A DNA stretch of 64,000 nt from Anaeramoeba ignava BMAN (Eukaryota > Protista > Anaeramoebae), in contig JAPDFW010000114.1 in NCBI GenBank assembly GCA_028826165.1, positions 966,942 to 1,030,941 of the forward strand, written 5' to 3'. Position numbers and translations under genes: made by a program. This document shows, piece by piece, positions 47,618 through 61,300 of the stretch (within the stretch, counting starts at the first letter, position 1; each line of letters opens with the position of its first letter). The notes under the pieces were generated by a model. The model ran no database searches. It saw nothing but the letters and a program-made list of their open reading frames with translations, and was not told the origin of the DNA.

Positions 47618-49625
47618 ATGGAAGATAATTGTAGAATTGTTATTCTTGGAGCTGGATCAGGTATTTTTTAAATAAAAATAAAAATAAAAATAAAAACAAT
47701 TTTCGATTTTTTATTTATTCAAAAATTTCAATTAAAATTTAATTATTAATTTATTTTTTAATTTGATCTCTTTTCTCTCTTTTTATTTAGTTGGAAAATC
47801 TTGTTTAACTCTTAGATATTTACAGAATAAATTTATTACAGATTACGACCCAACAATTGGTAATTATTTTAAAAAGTTTTAATAAAAAAAAAAAAAAAAA
47901 AGAGAAAAAAAGAGAGAAAATGGTTTTTTTTCTTTTAAAAAATTTTCAACAAAAAAAAAACAATAAAATTTGTTTACTTTTTAAATTCAATTTTTAAATT
48001 CAATTTTTAAATTCAATATTCAATTCAATATTCAATTCAATATTCAATATTCAATTCAATATTTAATATTTAATTCAATTCAATTCAATTTAATATTTAA
48101 TTTAATATTTAATTTAATATTTAATATTCAATTCAATATTTAATTCAATTCAATTCAATATTCAATTCAATATTTAATATTTAATTCAATATTCAATTCA
48201 ATTCAATATTTAATTCAATATTTAATTCAATTCAATATTTAATTCAATATTCAATTCAATATTCAATTCAATATTCAATTCAATATTTAATTCAATATTC
48301 AATATTCAATTCAATTCAATATTTAATATTTAATATTTAATATTTAATATTCAATTCAATATTCAATATTCAATTCAATTTAATATTTAATATTTAATAT
48401 TTAATTCAATTGAATTCAATATTTAATTCAATATTTAATATTTAATTCAATATTTAATATTTAATTCAATATTTAATTCAATTCAATATTTAATATTTAA
48501 TTCAATATTTAATTCAATTCAATTCAATATTCAATTCAATATTTAATTCAATTTGAATTCAATATTTAATTCAATAATTCAATATTTAATATTTAATTCA
48601 ATATTTAATTTAATTCAATATTTAATATTTAATTCAATATCTAATATTCAATATTCAATTCAATATTCAATTCAATATTTAATTTAATTCAATTCAATTC
48701 AATATTCAATTCAATTCAATATTTAATATTCAATTCAATTTAATATTCAATTCAATACAATTCAATATTTAATATTTAATTCAATATTTAATTCAATATT
48801 CAATTCAATATTCAATTCAATATTCAATTAAAATTCAAAATTAAAATTCAAAATTAAAATTAAAATTAAAATTTAAAAATTATAAAATTATAGAGGAAAA
48901 TTATCGAAAAATGGTTATTGTTGATGGAAAACCAATGTTACTTGAAATTCTTGATACAGCAGGTCAAGATGAATATCGTTCAATTAGAGATAAAGTAAAT
49001 TTCTTTTCTTATTTTATTTTAAAGAAAAGAAAATAAAAACAATTTAGATTTTAATTGAATAAAAATTTATAAATTAAAAAGTATTTTAGATCAGGAGATG
49101 GATTTCTAATTGTATATAGTATAACATCACCACAAAGTTTTACTGAAGCATCGTCTTTTCATGAGTCTTTAATAAGAATTAAAGGAGAAAAAACACCAAC
49201 AATAACTATTGGAAATAAATCTGGTTTGTTTTAAATTTTTTGCAAATTTAAATTCAAATTCAAATTATTTATTTTTTATTTTTATTATTATTTTTTAGAT
49301 TTAGAAACACAACGTCAAATTTCGCAAAAAGAAGGTCAAGAATTAGCAAAAAAATCAAATTCCGTTTTAATAGAAACGTAAATTAAAAAAAAATTTTTTT
49401 CTTTTTATATTTTTGTTCCACTTTTTTATTGAAAAAAAAAATTTTTTTCTTTCCGTTTTTTTTTTTAGATCTGCAAAAACAGGTCAAAATGTAAGTCAAT
49501 GTTTTGAAGATATTGCAAGAAAAGTTCGAGATTGGAAACAAGCTCTAAAAGCTAAAAGCAATGAAAATCAATCAAAAACTTCTAATACTTTAAAAAAAAA
49601 GAAAAGAAGATGTCAATTAATTTAA
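47618..49625 (+). CDS. Ras-family small GTPase with CAAX box
   Basis: Six exons give [35 protein letters not shown] and a polybasic [10 protein letters not shown] tail. Confidence 0.95.
47990..48880. repeat. (AATTC/AATATT)n tract in Ras intron 2
   Basis: Read directly from the sequence. Confidence 0.9.
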
Positions 49626-49919
49626 ATCAAGAAAAGAAAAGAAAAAAAAATATTTTTTTTACTTTTTCCATTTTTTTTTTGGAAGTTGATTTTATTGAAG
49701 AAAATGGGGAAAATTGTTTTGTTCTTCTTTTTTTTTTCTTTCTTTTTTTTCTTTTTGATTCAAAAAATTTTTCATTTCAATGTTTTCTTTTGAAAAATAA
49801 AAGAAATTCAAAAAGAAAAAAAAAAAGGAAATATTTTATTAATGAAGAATCTTTTAAAAATTAATTTTTAAAAACAAAATTTAAACAGAAAAAGAAAAGA
49901 GAATTAATTAAAAAGAAAT

Positions 49920-50955
49920 TTGTAAATTTGAATTTTGAATTTTGGTTTTGAATTTAAATTTGAATTTGATTTTGAATTTGAATTTGATTTTGAATTTGAA
50001 TTGATTTTGGATTTAAATTTGAATTTAAATTTGAATTTGAATTTGAATTGATTTTAAATTTGATTTGAATTTGAATTTTAATTTAAATTTGAATTTGAAT
50101 TTATATTTTAATTTGAATTTGAATTTAATTTTGATTTTGAATTTTGAATTTTGAATTTAATTTTAAATTTTGAATTGAATTTGAATTTGAATTTGAATTT
50201 GATTTTGATTTTGAATTTGATTTTGAATTTTGAATTTGAATTTGAATTTGAATTTTGAATTTGAATTTAAATTTGAATTTGATTTTGATTTTGAATTTTG
50301 AATTTGAATTTGATTTTGAATTTGATTTTGAATTTGAATTTAAATTTGGAATTTATATTTGAATTTGAATTTGAATTTGAATTTATATTTGAATTTGAAT
50401 TTAATTTTGAATTTGAATTTGAATTTGAATTTGAATTTAAAATTTGAATTTGTATTTAAATTTGAATTTGAATTTGATTTTGAATTTGAATTTAATTTTG
50501 AATTTGAATTTAAATTTGATTTTGAATTTATATTTGAATTTGAATTTGAATTTAATTTTGAATTTGAATTTGAATTTGAATTTGAATTTGGATTTGAATT
50601 TGAATTTGAATTTGAATTTGAATTGAATTTAAAATTGAATTTGAATTTGAATTTGAATTTGAATTTGAATTTGAATTTGGATTTGATTTTGATTTTGAAT
50701 TTGAATTTGAATTTAATTTTGAATTTGAATTTGAATTTAATTTTGATTTTGATTTTGATTTGAAATTGATTTTGATTTGAATTTAAATTTGAATTTGATT
50801 TTGAATTTGAATTTGAATTTGAATTTGTATTTGAATTGAATTTAAAATTTGAATTTGAATCTGAATTTGAATTTGAATTTAAATTTGAATTTGAATTTAA
50901 TTTTGAAATTGATTTTGAAATTGAATTTGAATTTAAATTTGAATTTGAATTTTGA
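49920..50955. repeat. (GAATTT)n microsatellite
   Basis: Read directly; explains the NLNL/FEFE ORFs. Confidence 0.95.
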
Positions 50956-51460
50956 ATGGGGGGTTAATAAATTTTAACACGATAATAAGAAAATTATTAT
51001 TTTCTAAAAATTTTTTTTAAAATCTTTTTTTTTCGAGTGATAACGAGAAAAAAAATTTTGTTTTTTTCACGAGCGGAGTGTAACGACGCGAGTGAAAAAA
51101 TATTTTTGAAAAAAAAATTTGAAGAAAATAATAATTTTCGAATTCGTGTTGAATTTATTAACTTTAATGAACTTGAAACCCAAAAAGTTGGGAAAAATGA
51201 TGAAAGAAAAGCAAAAAATTTTGAATGAAAAAAAGAAGAAATTTATGAATTTTAGGAATTAGGGAAAATTTTTTCTCAATTTTTTAAGAAATTTGGGTCG
51301 AATTTTGACGAATTTTGACGAATTTTTTGATTCCACAGAAGAATAATTTTTATTATTATTCTGTGAACTTAAAAAAAAGAGTTTTTAAAAGAGATTCCCA
51401 TTCAAAATTTACAGAATAATAACAAAATTATTCTTCTGTAAATTTTTGAGCTATGTTCAT
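50949..51460. other. Non-coding island of nested inverted repeats (MITE-like element or structured RNA)
   Basis: Arm 50963-51004 pairs with 51124-51162; two internal hairpins; a second inverted pair at about 51335-51364 and 51411-51439. Confidence 0.5.
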
Positions 51461-51639
51461 TAATTTAAATTTGTATTTAAATTTGAATTTGAAATTGAAT
51501 TTGAATTTGAATTTAATTTTGAATTTGATTTTGAATTTGAATTTGAATTTGAATTTGTATTTGAAATTGAAATTAAATTTGAATTTTGAATTTTGAATTT
51601 GAATTTAAATTTGCATTCTGTTTAAATTATTTTAACAAA

Positions 51640-53851
51640 TTAAAAATTAAAATTAAATGGATCTTCATTCTTTTCTAAACAATTTTTTGTTAAAGATTTC
51701 AAAAAAGCAACCCAAAAATTTTTTTCTTGAATAGAAGAAGCAACAAAATCACCACCTCTATCTTTTGAGATAATAGAAAAAGAAAGTTCACGATTAAAAG
51801 ATTTAGATTTAGCAGCTTTTTTCATAATTAAAGTTTCAACACCATCAATAATTTGTTGAATATTTGAAACTGATATTTTTTTCATTTTTTTACCAACAAT
51901 TTTTGGACGTGACCAAAAAACAGTCTTTCCTTCATTGCCAATCCAAAATTTACGTTGATGAATTTTTCCATTTGGTCTAACCTTATTCATCAATACGCCT
52001 TTGGTAACGAATTTCTTAATCTCAAGAAGATATTCATGTTCATTCCACATTATTTGTTCAAGTGAATTTGATTTTTCATCGTTTGAATTAGTTTGTAGAA
52101 AAGCTTGAAAGGCTTCTCTGACTTGTGTGCCGAAGACATGATTTGTCTCCGAAAGATTTTGGAATAATTGATGCAAACGCATTTTTTCCTGTGAGGTTAG
52201 AATTGGTGGTTCTGTTGGGGCTGCAGGAAGTTTTATTGTGTATTTTTTGATTTTTTTTAATTTAATAAATGGTTCTTCTTTTGTATTTGAATTTGTATTT
52301 GAATCGATATTTATATTTGTATTGTTTTGTTCATTGTTTTCTTGATTTGGTAATTCAATATTTTGTGATAATCTTGATTTTCGTTTTTTTTGTTGTAATA
52401 ATGTCAACCATTGTTGTGTTTCTGTTGAATCTTGAAAAAGAACTATTGATTCTCCTGTTGGAATTAATTCAAGTTTGATTCCTGATGTGTGATCTAATAA
52501 TTCGAATAATGAGAATTTTTTAAGAGTTGATAATTCGATTGATTTATCTGGAAAAGTTTCCTTTTAAATTTTTTAATTTTTTAATTTGAATTTTGATTTG
52601 ATTTTTGAATTTAATTTTAATTTGAATTTTGATTTAATTTTGAATTTTGAATTTGATTTTGAATTTGAATTTTTATTTTGAATTTGAATTTGAATTTTAA
52701 TTTGAATTTGATTTTGAATTTAATTTTGATATTGATTTTGATTTTGATTTTAATTTTGATTTTGAATTTAATTTTGATTTTGATTTGATTTTGAATTTAA
52801 TTTTGATTTTGAATTTAATTTTAATTTTGGTTTTAATTTTAATTTTAATTTTAATTTTAATTTTGATTTTAATTTTGATTTTAATTTTGATTTTGAATTT
52901 TGATTTTTGATTTAATTTGAATTTGATTTTGATTTTGAATTTTAATTTTGATTTGATTTTGAATTGAAATTGATTTTGAATTTGATATTGATTTTGAAAT
53001 TGAATTTGAAATTGAATTTGATTTTGATTTTCAATTTGATTTTGATTTTAATTTTGATTTGAAATTGAATTTGAATTAGATTTTGATTTTGATTTTGAAT
53101 TTGAATTTTGAATTTTGTAATAAATAAGATACTAAATTAGAATTCTCATAAAATTGTAAAAATTGAGTGTGTTGTTGAGTATCTTCAACAAAAACTAAAA
53201 GAAAAATATCAACAGATTGTGAAGAATGCATTTTCAAAATTTTCAATAAACGAACATTAGAAACTAACAAAACTTTAAGATTTGAATTTAATTTTTCAAT
53301 TTGAGATTGAATAACTTGAATATCCTAATTAAAAAATAATTCGAATTTTGAATTTGAATTTTAAAAAAAAAATTTAAATTGAAAAAAAAGAGAAAAAATT
53401 TTTTTTGATGAAAATTTTGTGAATAATTTCAAAGAGAAAAATTAAATTTGAGTTTAAATACTGGTTTATCTTTCATTGATGTCATAATTTGAATCCAATT
53501 TTCAAGATATTTTTTGGATTCAAATTTGATAAAAATTGGGTTTTTTGATTCAATTAAAAGTTCAATAACAAAAAAATCTTGATTTTCATGTGGAATTAAT
53601 TTAGACTGTTTTATTTGAATTTCTCCTAATAATTTTTTATTCTGGAAAATAAAGGTTAAATTTCTTTTTCTATTTTTTTTTAATCTTTTTTTTTTCTTGA
53701 TTATTTGTTTTCAAACCTTTTTATTAAAATATTGTAAACTTTTTTCTGTTAAAACAAAATAATATGATTTCCAATGACTTTTTTTATTTGAAATTTGTGT
53801 TAATTTTGGGTTTTGTAATTCTAAAACTGCTTCAATTAAAATTTTAGACAT
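51640..53851 (-). CDS. Multi-PH-domain protein (probably three PH domains, the last PLC/Num1-like)
   Basis: ATG 53851: WKSYYFVLTEKSLQYF..ENWIQIM; middle exons end ..ETQQWLTLLQ; C-terminal KGVLMNKVRPNGKIHQRKFWI..LSFSII..NFWVAFL; 4 exons. Confidence 0.7.
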
Positions 53852-54119
53852 AAAAAGATCACAAAATTAAAAAGATTAAAGATAAAAAAATGAAAAAAAA
53901 AAATGAAAAAAATAATTTTTTTTAAAATTTAAAATTATTTTTTATTCCACTTTTTTTGTTTATTTTTATTTAGATTTTGTTTTGAAAGTTAAAAAAAAAA
54001 GTAAACAATTTGATTAATTTACTTTGAAATAAAAAGGAAAAAACAAATGATATCTTTTTTATAAAAAAGAAGAAAAAAGGAATTGAAATTGAAATTAATT
54101 TTGGAATTAAAATTAAATT

Positions 54120-55290
54120 AGTTTTAAATTGGTTTTAAATTGGTTTTAAATTGATTTTAAATTGGTTTTAAATTGATTTTAAATTGATTTTAAATTGATT
54201 TTAAATTGGTTTTAAATTGATTTTAAATTGATTTTAAATTGATTTTAAATTGGTTTTAAATTGATTTTAAATTTGGTTTTAAATTGGGTTTTAAATTAAT
54301 TTTAAATTAATTTTAAATTGGGTTTTAAATTGGTTTTAAATTGGTTTTAAATTGGTTTTAAATTGGTTTTAAATTAATTTTAAATTGGGTTTTAAATTGG
54401 TTTTAAATTGGGTTTTAAATTAGATTTAAATTGGGTTTTAAATTGGATTTAAATTGGATTTAAATTGGTTTTTAAATTGGTTTTAAATTGATTTTAAACT
54501 GGTATTAAATTGGGTTTTAAATTGGTTTTAAATTGGTTTTAAATTGGTTTTAAATTGGATTTAATTTGGTTTTAAATTGGGTTTTAAATTGGGTTTTAAA
54601 TTAATTTTAAATTGGTTTTAAATTGGGTTTTAAATTGGTTTTAAATTGGGTTTTAAATTGATTTTAAACTGGTATTAAATTGGTTTTAAATTGGTTTTAA
54701 ATTGATTTTAAATTGGTTTTAAATTGGTTTTAAATTGGGTTTTAAATTGGGTTTTAAATTGGTTTTAAATTGATTTTAAATTGGGTTTTAAATTGATTTT
54801 AAATTAGTTTTAAATTGATTTTAAATTGGATTTTAAATTGATTTTAAATTGGGTTTTAAATTGGTTTTAAATTGGATTTAAATTGGATTTAAATTGGTTT
54901 TAAATTGATTTTAAATTGGGTTTTAAATTGGTTTTAAATTGGTTTTAAATTGGTTTTAAATTGGGTTTAAATTGGTTTTAAATTGGATTTTAAATTGGGT
55001 TTTAAATTGATTTTAAATTGGTTTTAAATTGGGTTTTAAATTGATTTTAAATTGGTTTTAAATTGGTTTTAAATTGGATTTTAAATTGGTTTTAAATTGG
55101 GTTTTAAATTGGGTTTTAAATTAATTTTAAATTGGGTTTTAAATTAATTTTAAATTGGGTTTTAATTTGGTTTTAAATTAATTTTAAAGGTTTTAAAGGT
55201 TTTAAAGGTTTTAAAGGTTTTAAATGTTTTAAAGGTTTTTAAAAAGGTTTTTAAAAAGGTTTTTAAAAAGGTTTTTAAAAAGGTTGTAAA
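54120..55290. repeat. About 11-bp minisatellite (TTTTAAATTGG)n
   Basis: Read directly from the sequence. Confidence 0.95.
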
Positions 55291-55311
55291 TGTTGTAAAA
55301 GTTAAATAAAA

Positions 55312-58300
55312 TCATTTCATAAATCCAGTTTTTTCCAATCTTAAATCTATTAAACTTGGTTCTAATAACCTTCTCATTTTTCCAAAAAATTTTGTTAATT
55401 TATCATGAAATCTTCTTGTTTCTTCTGAACCTAATTGACGATGTAATTTCAATCCTTCTTCAAGTAAATCTTGTTGTTTAAGAAACTCCAATTTTAATCG
55501 AATAACAGAATCTTCATCATTTGGATTTTCTTTCAAATATTCTTCAGTAAAAAAGGCTTGTTGATATTTAAAAACACCTCCATTAACAGCAGCATCAATA
55601 ATTCCATTCAAACACATTGAAAGTTGATTTAAATTTGTTTCTTTTCCACTTGGTGATTTATATAACTTAATATAACTTGATAATTCAATATTCTTATTTT
55701 CTGTTGTGTTGATTGCATTCTGAATTGGTGATAATTCATGAACAACCTTCTTTATAACTTTCAATCTATTCCGAATTGATGGAAATGAATCTTCTGTAAT
55801 TAAAAATTCATTATGTAACCATAAATATCTAAATTCATTTTCTTTATCTTTGATTTTTTGAATTGGTTTTGAACTTAAAAAAACATTAATTGAATCATTT
55901 ATAATAAAATTCTTGGCAAAATCTGGAATATTTTCATCAAATATTCTCTTTTTTCCTTCAAGCTAAAATAAAATAAAATTAATAAATATTTTTATAAATA
56001 TTTTTTTTATAATAATTTACTTCTTCTTGAAATGAAGGAATAACAGTTGCAACTTGAATATATTGTCCATCTCCTTCCAAAAATTGATCTGGTGGTTCTT
56101 TTGGACTAATTTGTGCTTTTGGATAACGTTCTTGAAGATATTCAACAAATCCTGCAAGTCTTTCCAATAATTGACCTTTATAAATAAATTCACAATTTTT
56201 AACATTTAAAAATTTTTCTTGATGTTCAAATCCTTTTCCATAAAATCCAACTCTAAAATAAGTTGAATACATTCTTTCAATTCTCATAATTCTTTCATAC
56301 ATTTCCAATTCTTTTTTTAACATCCCACAAAATTTTTGATAATTATAACTAACTTTGAGATATCTTTCCTTCAACAAATTAACTAATTCAATTCCTTTTT
56401 CAAACCAATTTCCTTGATCAAAACAATCAATAGCTTTTTTGATAATATTTTCCTTTCGAATTGCTTGTGATTCTCTCATCAAATTAAACAATGGCATTTC
56501 TTGTTTTGAATAATCCCATTTCAACAAATCTGAATAAAGCAACAATGTGTTTGCAGCTTCTGGATACCATTTTCTTCGAATATTCAAATTATAAAGCATA
56601 CTTATATATTTTGTAACCATATCATAACTTTTTTTTCTTCTTAAATAATCAATTAAATCAATAATAGCTTCTGATAATTCATGAGTAAAAGTTTCTTTTT
56701 TACTATATTTTCTAACAAGAAAAATATGTTCAACAACTTCTTTTAATTGAGAAGCAAGCATTACTCCCTTTTTTTTTTAAATTTTTAAAATTAAAATTTA
56801 AATTTAATTTGTTTTTTTTGTTTTTTTGAAATTAACCTTTTCTTTTAATAATTGATGATCCATTAACCATGTATAAATTTGTGGGAAAAATTTCTGTTCA
56901 AATTTCTTATACATTCCCCTTTCTAATGCTAAATCAATTACAGACATTGTATGTTGTTCAACATAATTAAATTTTCCAGTTTTTGTGAATTCTGTTTCAA
57001 CAAGTGAATAGTAAAGATCAAGTCCTGTTAATTGAAGTTCTGGATTTTCTAAAAGAACCAAAGAAAGAAAAGGTTTGATTGTTGTTGAAATTAATTCATG
57101 TTGATTATTTCCAATTAAAATCCATGCATTTTTAAGTAATTCTGAACATTCTATTCTCATATCTCCAAATCTTTCAAGTAAAATCTTTCTATTGGCTTCA
57201 TTTGAATATAATTCAAATTGTAAATGTGGTATTTTCATAAAACTCACTAATGTTTTTAAATATGCTTCCCAAGCTCTAACTTCAAATTTAGGTGAATAAA
57301 AATTCCTTCTTAAAATTGATAAGAAAAATCTTAATTGTTTGAATATGATTGAAAATTGAATAAAACTCATTGACCTCCATTCTTTTGGAAATGTTTTGAA
57401 TTTAAATATTCTGTTGAACACTTTCAATAAATCAATCAATGAAGAAGCTTGTTGAGTTGGATTTGGATGGAAAAAAGCAACAAAAGTTTGTGCTTCTAAA
57501 GGTTTCATCATATGTAAAATTGAAAGTAGCATAATAATCAGTTTACATTCATATTGCTCTCTTGAATGAATCTCTTTTTCAATTATTTCTAAATTTGCTC
57601 GATCTGGTTTTGCTTGTAATTTTAATTTTTCAGTTTTTTTCTGATTGATACGAAATACTGAAACAATTAATGATGTAATTTTAGTCAATTCAAGAACACT
57701 TGGTTCTTTTGTTTGTTTTGGAATAGACATTCTAAATTTTCCTGTTTTCTTATATTCTTGTTCTGTTTGTTGATTTTGCTCTTGATTATTTCCTAAAATC
57801 ACATTCTCTATGGAAACATTTCGTGATTGTATAATTGATTCATTTCCCAAATTTCTTTTCATTTGGGAAATTGATCTTTTCACACTTTTAATCATTTTCC
57901 TGATAATTTTAATCCCTTTTTCAAAGGTTTCTTGATCTGTTGAAATTACTCTAATTAATTGTTTAAATATAATTGGGAAAAATATTTTGCGAAAATCTGA
58001 TGTTGAAACTAATGGACCTGTTGATATATCTAATAGAATTTTGATTTTTTCATCATCTAATTGTTTTCTTCCATAAGCAACTGATTTGAAAAGACTTTTT
58101 TTTTAAAAAAAAATGTAAAATAAATATTTAAATTTAAATTTAAAATATATTTTATACCTTGAAACAATCAATCCTATTTTTTGAATAGGAAGAATTTTAA
58201 TCAATTCTTCATAAATTGGATAAAGTTTTGTAATTGCAATAGTTTGTGTTCCAATAATCCAATCAGGTTCCATTTTCTCCATTAATTCATTGATTGATTG

Positions 58301-61300
58301 TAATACTTCTTCAATTTGTTTGATAAAATCATTGTGTAAACTTTCATAGTTTTCTGGTTTTTTGATAATATCATTTTCAATTAAATCCAATTCTAATAAT
58401 TTTGAATTGATAATAAATTTAAAAATAAATTCAAGTGCTCGAATTGTTTTTCTTGTTTCACTTCCTGATTTTTCATTTTCTGCTTCTCTAAGTTGATGAA
58501 TCAATTCATTTATTAAAAAGGGATAAATTTTCGAAAAACAAATTTTAAGCTCTTGATTTGTTTTTTGATTTTTAAAATTGAATTTTGTATCCAAATAATC
58601 TTGAAGAATAGGTTTAAAATTTTGATAAGTTAAATCAACTAAAACTCCAACAACAAAATTAAATGTCATAAAAATTTCATGAACAATTTCATCTCCTTTT
58701 GTTCCTAAAATGCGAAAGAACGTATCCAATATTGGTCCAGTAAACTAAACATAAAAATTTAAAATTTTAATTAAATTTTATTTTAAAATTTTAATTTTTT
58801 TACAATCAAAAATTGGGTTTGATCAATATAAGTTATTGTTTCAAGTAAATTTCGAGTATCTGATTGATTCATTGATCCTTCCCAATTAAAAAATTTATTG
58901 AAAACTGGTTCTTGAGTCATAATTGTTGAGCACAAATTAAAATTAATTTCAATTTTATCTTTTGTTATAATTAAATATTCTGGTTGAGTTTGTGATTTTT
59001 CTTTTAAATATAATAAAGGTTCTGAATTTTGTGTTTGATATTTGTATATTGGAAGTGTATAATCTCCTTGATTTAAAACAGCTCCTTTTTTCTTAAGATA
59101 AAGATAAGTAAATCCAATTGGTTTGATTATTTTTTCTAAATATGAATATGAATATGAAAATTAATATAAAAATATAAATAATATTTTTTTTTATGGAAAA
59201 TCAACTTTTTGAATCTGCAGAACAACTATAAAATTCAAAATATAAATGAGTATTTGGAAATACTAATGGATCAATTGAAATTTTAATGTTTTCATTCCAA
59301 TGTGGTTCTATTCTATGATATAAAACTAATCCTCGATATGTTTTTTCATTTGATTCATTTTTTCCTTGAAGATTTATACATCCTCTTAATTCATTTCCAT
59401 TATTTTTTCTTACAGTTAATCTATATTCAATATTTTTAGCTTTACAATTTGAAAAATCTCCTAATTTCATTGCAATATATAAATCATGTTGATAATATGA
59501 TGGTAAAACCACTTGTGGTAATTTCATTTTTAATGTTTGTTGAATTGATAATAATGCTGTATGTTTTTTCAATACTTCATTTAATTTTCCAAAATGAGCT
59601 GATAATTGAATTGCAATTCTACTTCCAACTTTTTTTTCAACTTTTGGATCATTTGAAATTATTACTAAAAAGAAATATATAAATAAATATTAAAAATCAA
59701 ATTTAAAAATTTAATTGATTTTTTTTATACATTCTTGAATATTTCTGAAAAAACTTTCTTGATTTGGTGTAAAAACATCTGCAACAAAATCCATTAATTT
59801 TCCTGAACATGTTTGAAGTAAATCATTTGATAAAGCTAAAACACAACATGCATAAGGTCTTCTAAATAATTGACCATCTGATTTATTTTGAATTTTTTTT
59901 GTTTTTTTTGTTTGATTTGCAATTTCTGAATATCTAACAATATCACAAGAAATATAAAGATTTTCTCTATCACTTTTTGTAATTTCCTAAATAATTTCCC
60001 AATTAAATTAAAATTTTTTTTTTCCCAAATTAAATCTTCATACAACAAATAATGTTTTTAAAATATTTTTAGAAACTAAATCCATTGGTTGTTCTCCTTT
60101 TCTTAAAAAAATTGAATAATCAGAAGTTATTTTTGCTTTTTTAGAAAAATCATAAAGTGAAAAATTAAATTCAATATCATCATCAATATCAATAACAAAA
60201 GCCTAAAAAAAGATATAAATATAAAAAACAATATAAAAATATAACAATAAATTAATTTACATCCAATCGAAGAAGAAGTTGACAATCTTCTTCTAATTTT
60301 TGTATTTCTTTTTTGGTAATTTCTTCTTGAGACATTTGTTTATATAATTTGAATAATTTATTAATTTTTGTATTATCTTCTGTTGCTAAATGTCCTTTAG
60401 AATTTCTTGGTTGTTCATTTACACCAGTTAATTCATTTCCTTGTGAAATGATAGTAATAATCTTTTTTTTAAGAGATATTTTGACTTCCTAATTTATAAT
60501 TTTGAATTGAATTTTGAATTTTGAATTTTGAATTGAATTGAATTGAATTTTGAATTGAATTGAATTTATAATTTTGAATTTAATTTAATTTTGAATTTTG
60601 AATTTTGAATTTATAATTTATTTATAATTTTGAATTGAATTTATAATTTAATTTTGAATTGAATTTATAATTTAAATTTATAATTTAATTTTGAATTGAA
60701 TTGAATTTTGAATTGAATTTTGAATTGAATTTATAATTTTGAATTGAATTTTGAATTGAATTTTGAATTTAATTTTGAATTTTGAATTGAATTTTGAATT
60801 GAATTTAATTTTGAATTTTGAATTGAATTTTGAATTGAATTTAATTTTGAATTGAATTGAATTTTGAATTGAATTTAATTTTGAATTGAATTTGAATTTT
60901 GAATTTAATTTTGAATTGAATTTTGAATTGAATTTTGAATTGAATTTTGAATTTTGAATTTTGAATTGAATTGAATTGAATTGAATTGAATTGAATTTTG
61001 AATTGAATTTTGATTGAATTTTGAATTGAATTTTGAATTTTGAATTGAATTGAATTTTGAATTTTGAATTTAATTTATAATTGAATTTTGAATTTAAAAT
61101 CACAAACACGAGATAAAGAAGTATTAATAATTGTTCTTCTAAGTGATAATAATTGTCTAATTTTTTGTTGTATGAAATTAAGATTAATAAAATCTTTTTT
61201 AATAAAAAAATCATGAAAAGATTCTGCCCATTCAAGTAAAATATTATCAATTTCAATAACAATAGGATCAGCTTCAATATAAGGATGAAAAACAGAATTC

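Noticed and set aside
54120-55290. Telomeric repeat (TTGGGTTTT-like)
   Set aside because: Degenerate 11-12 bp units, internal between two genes; behaves as a minisatellite
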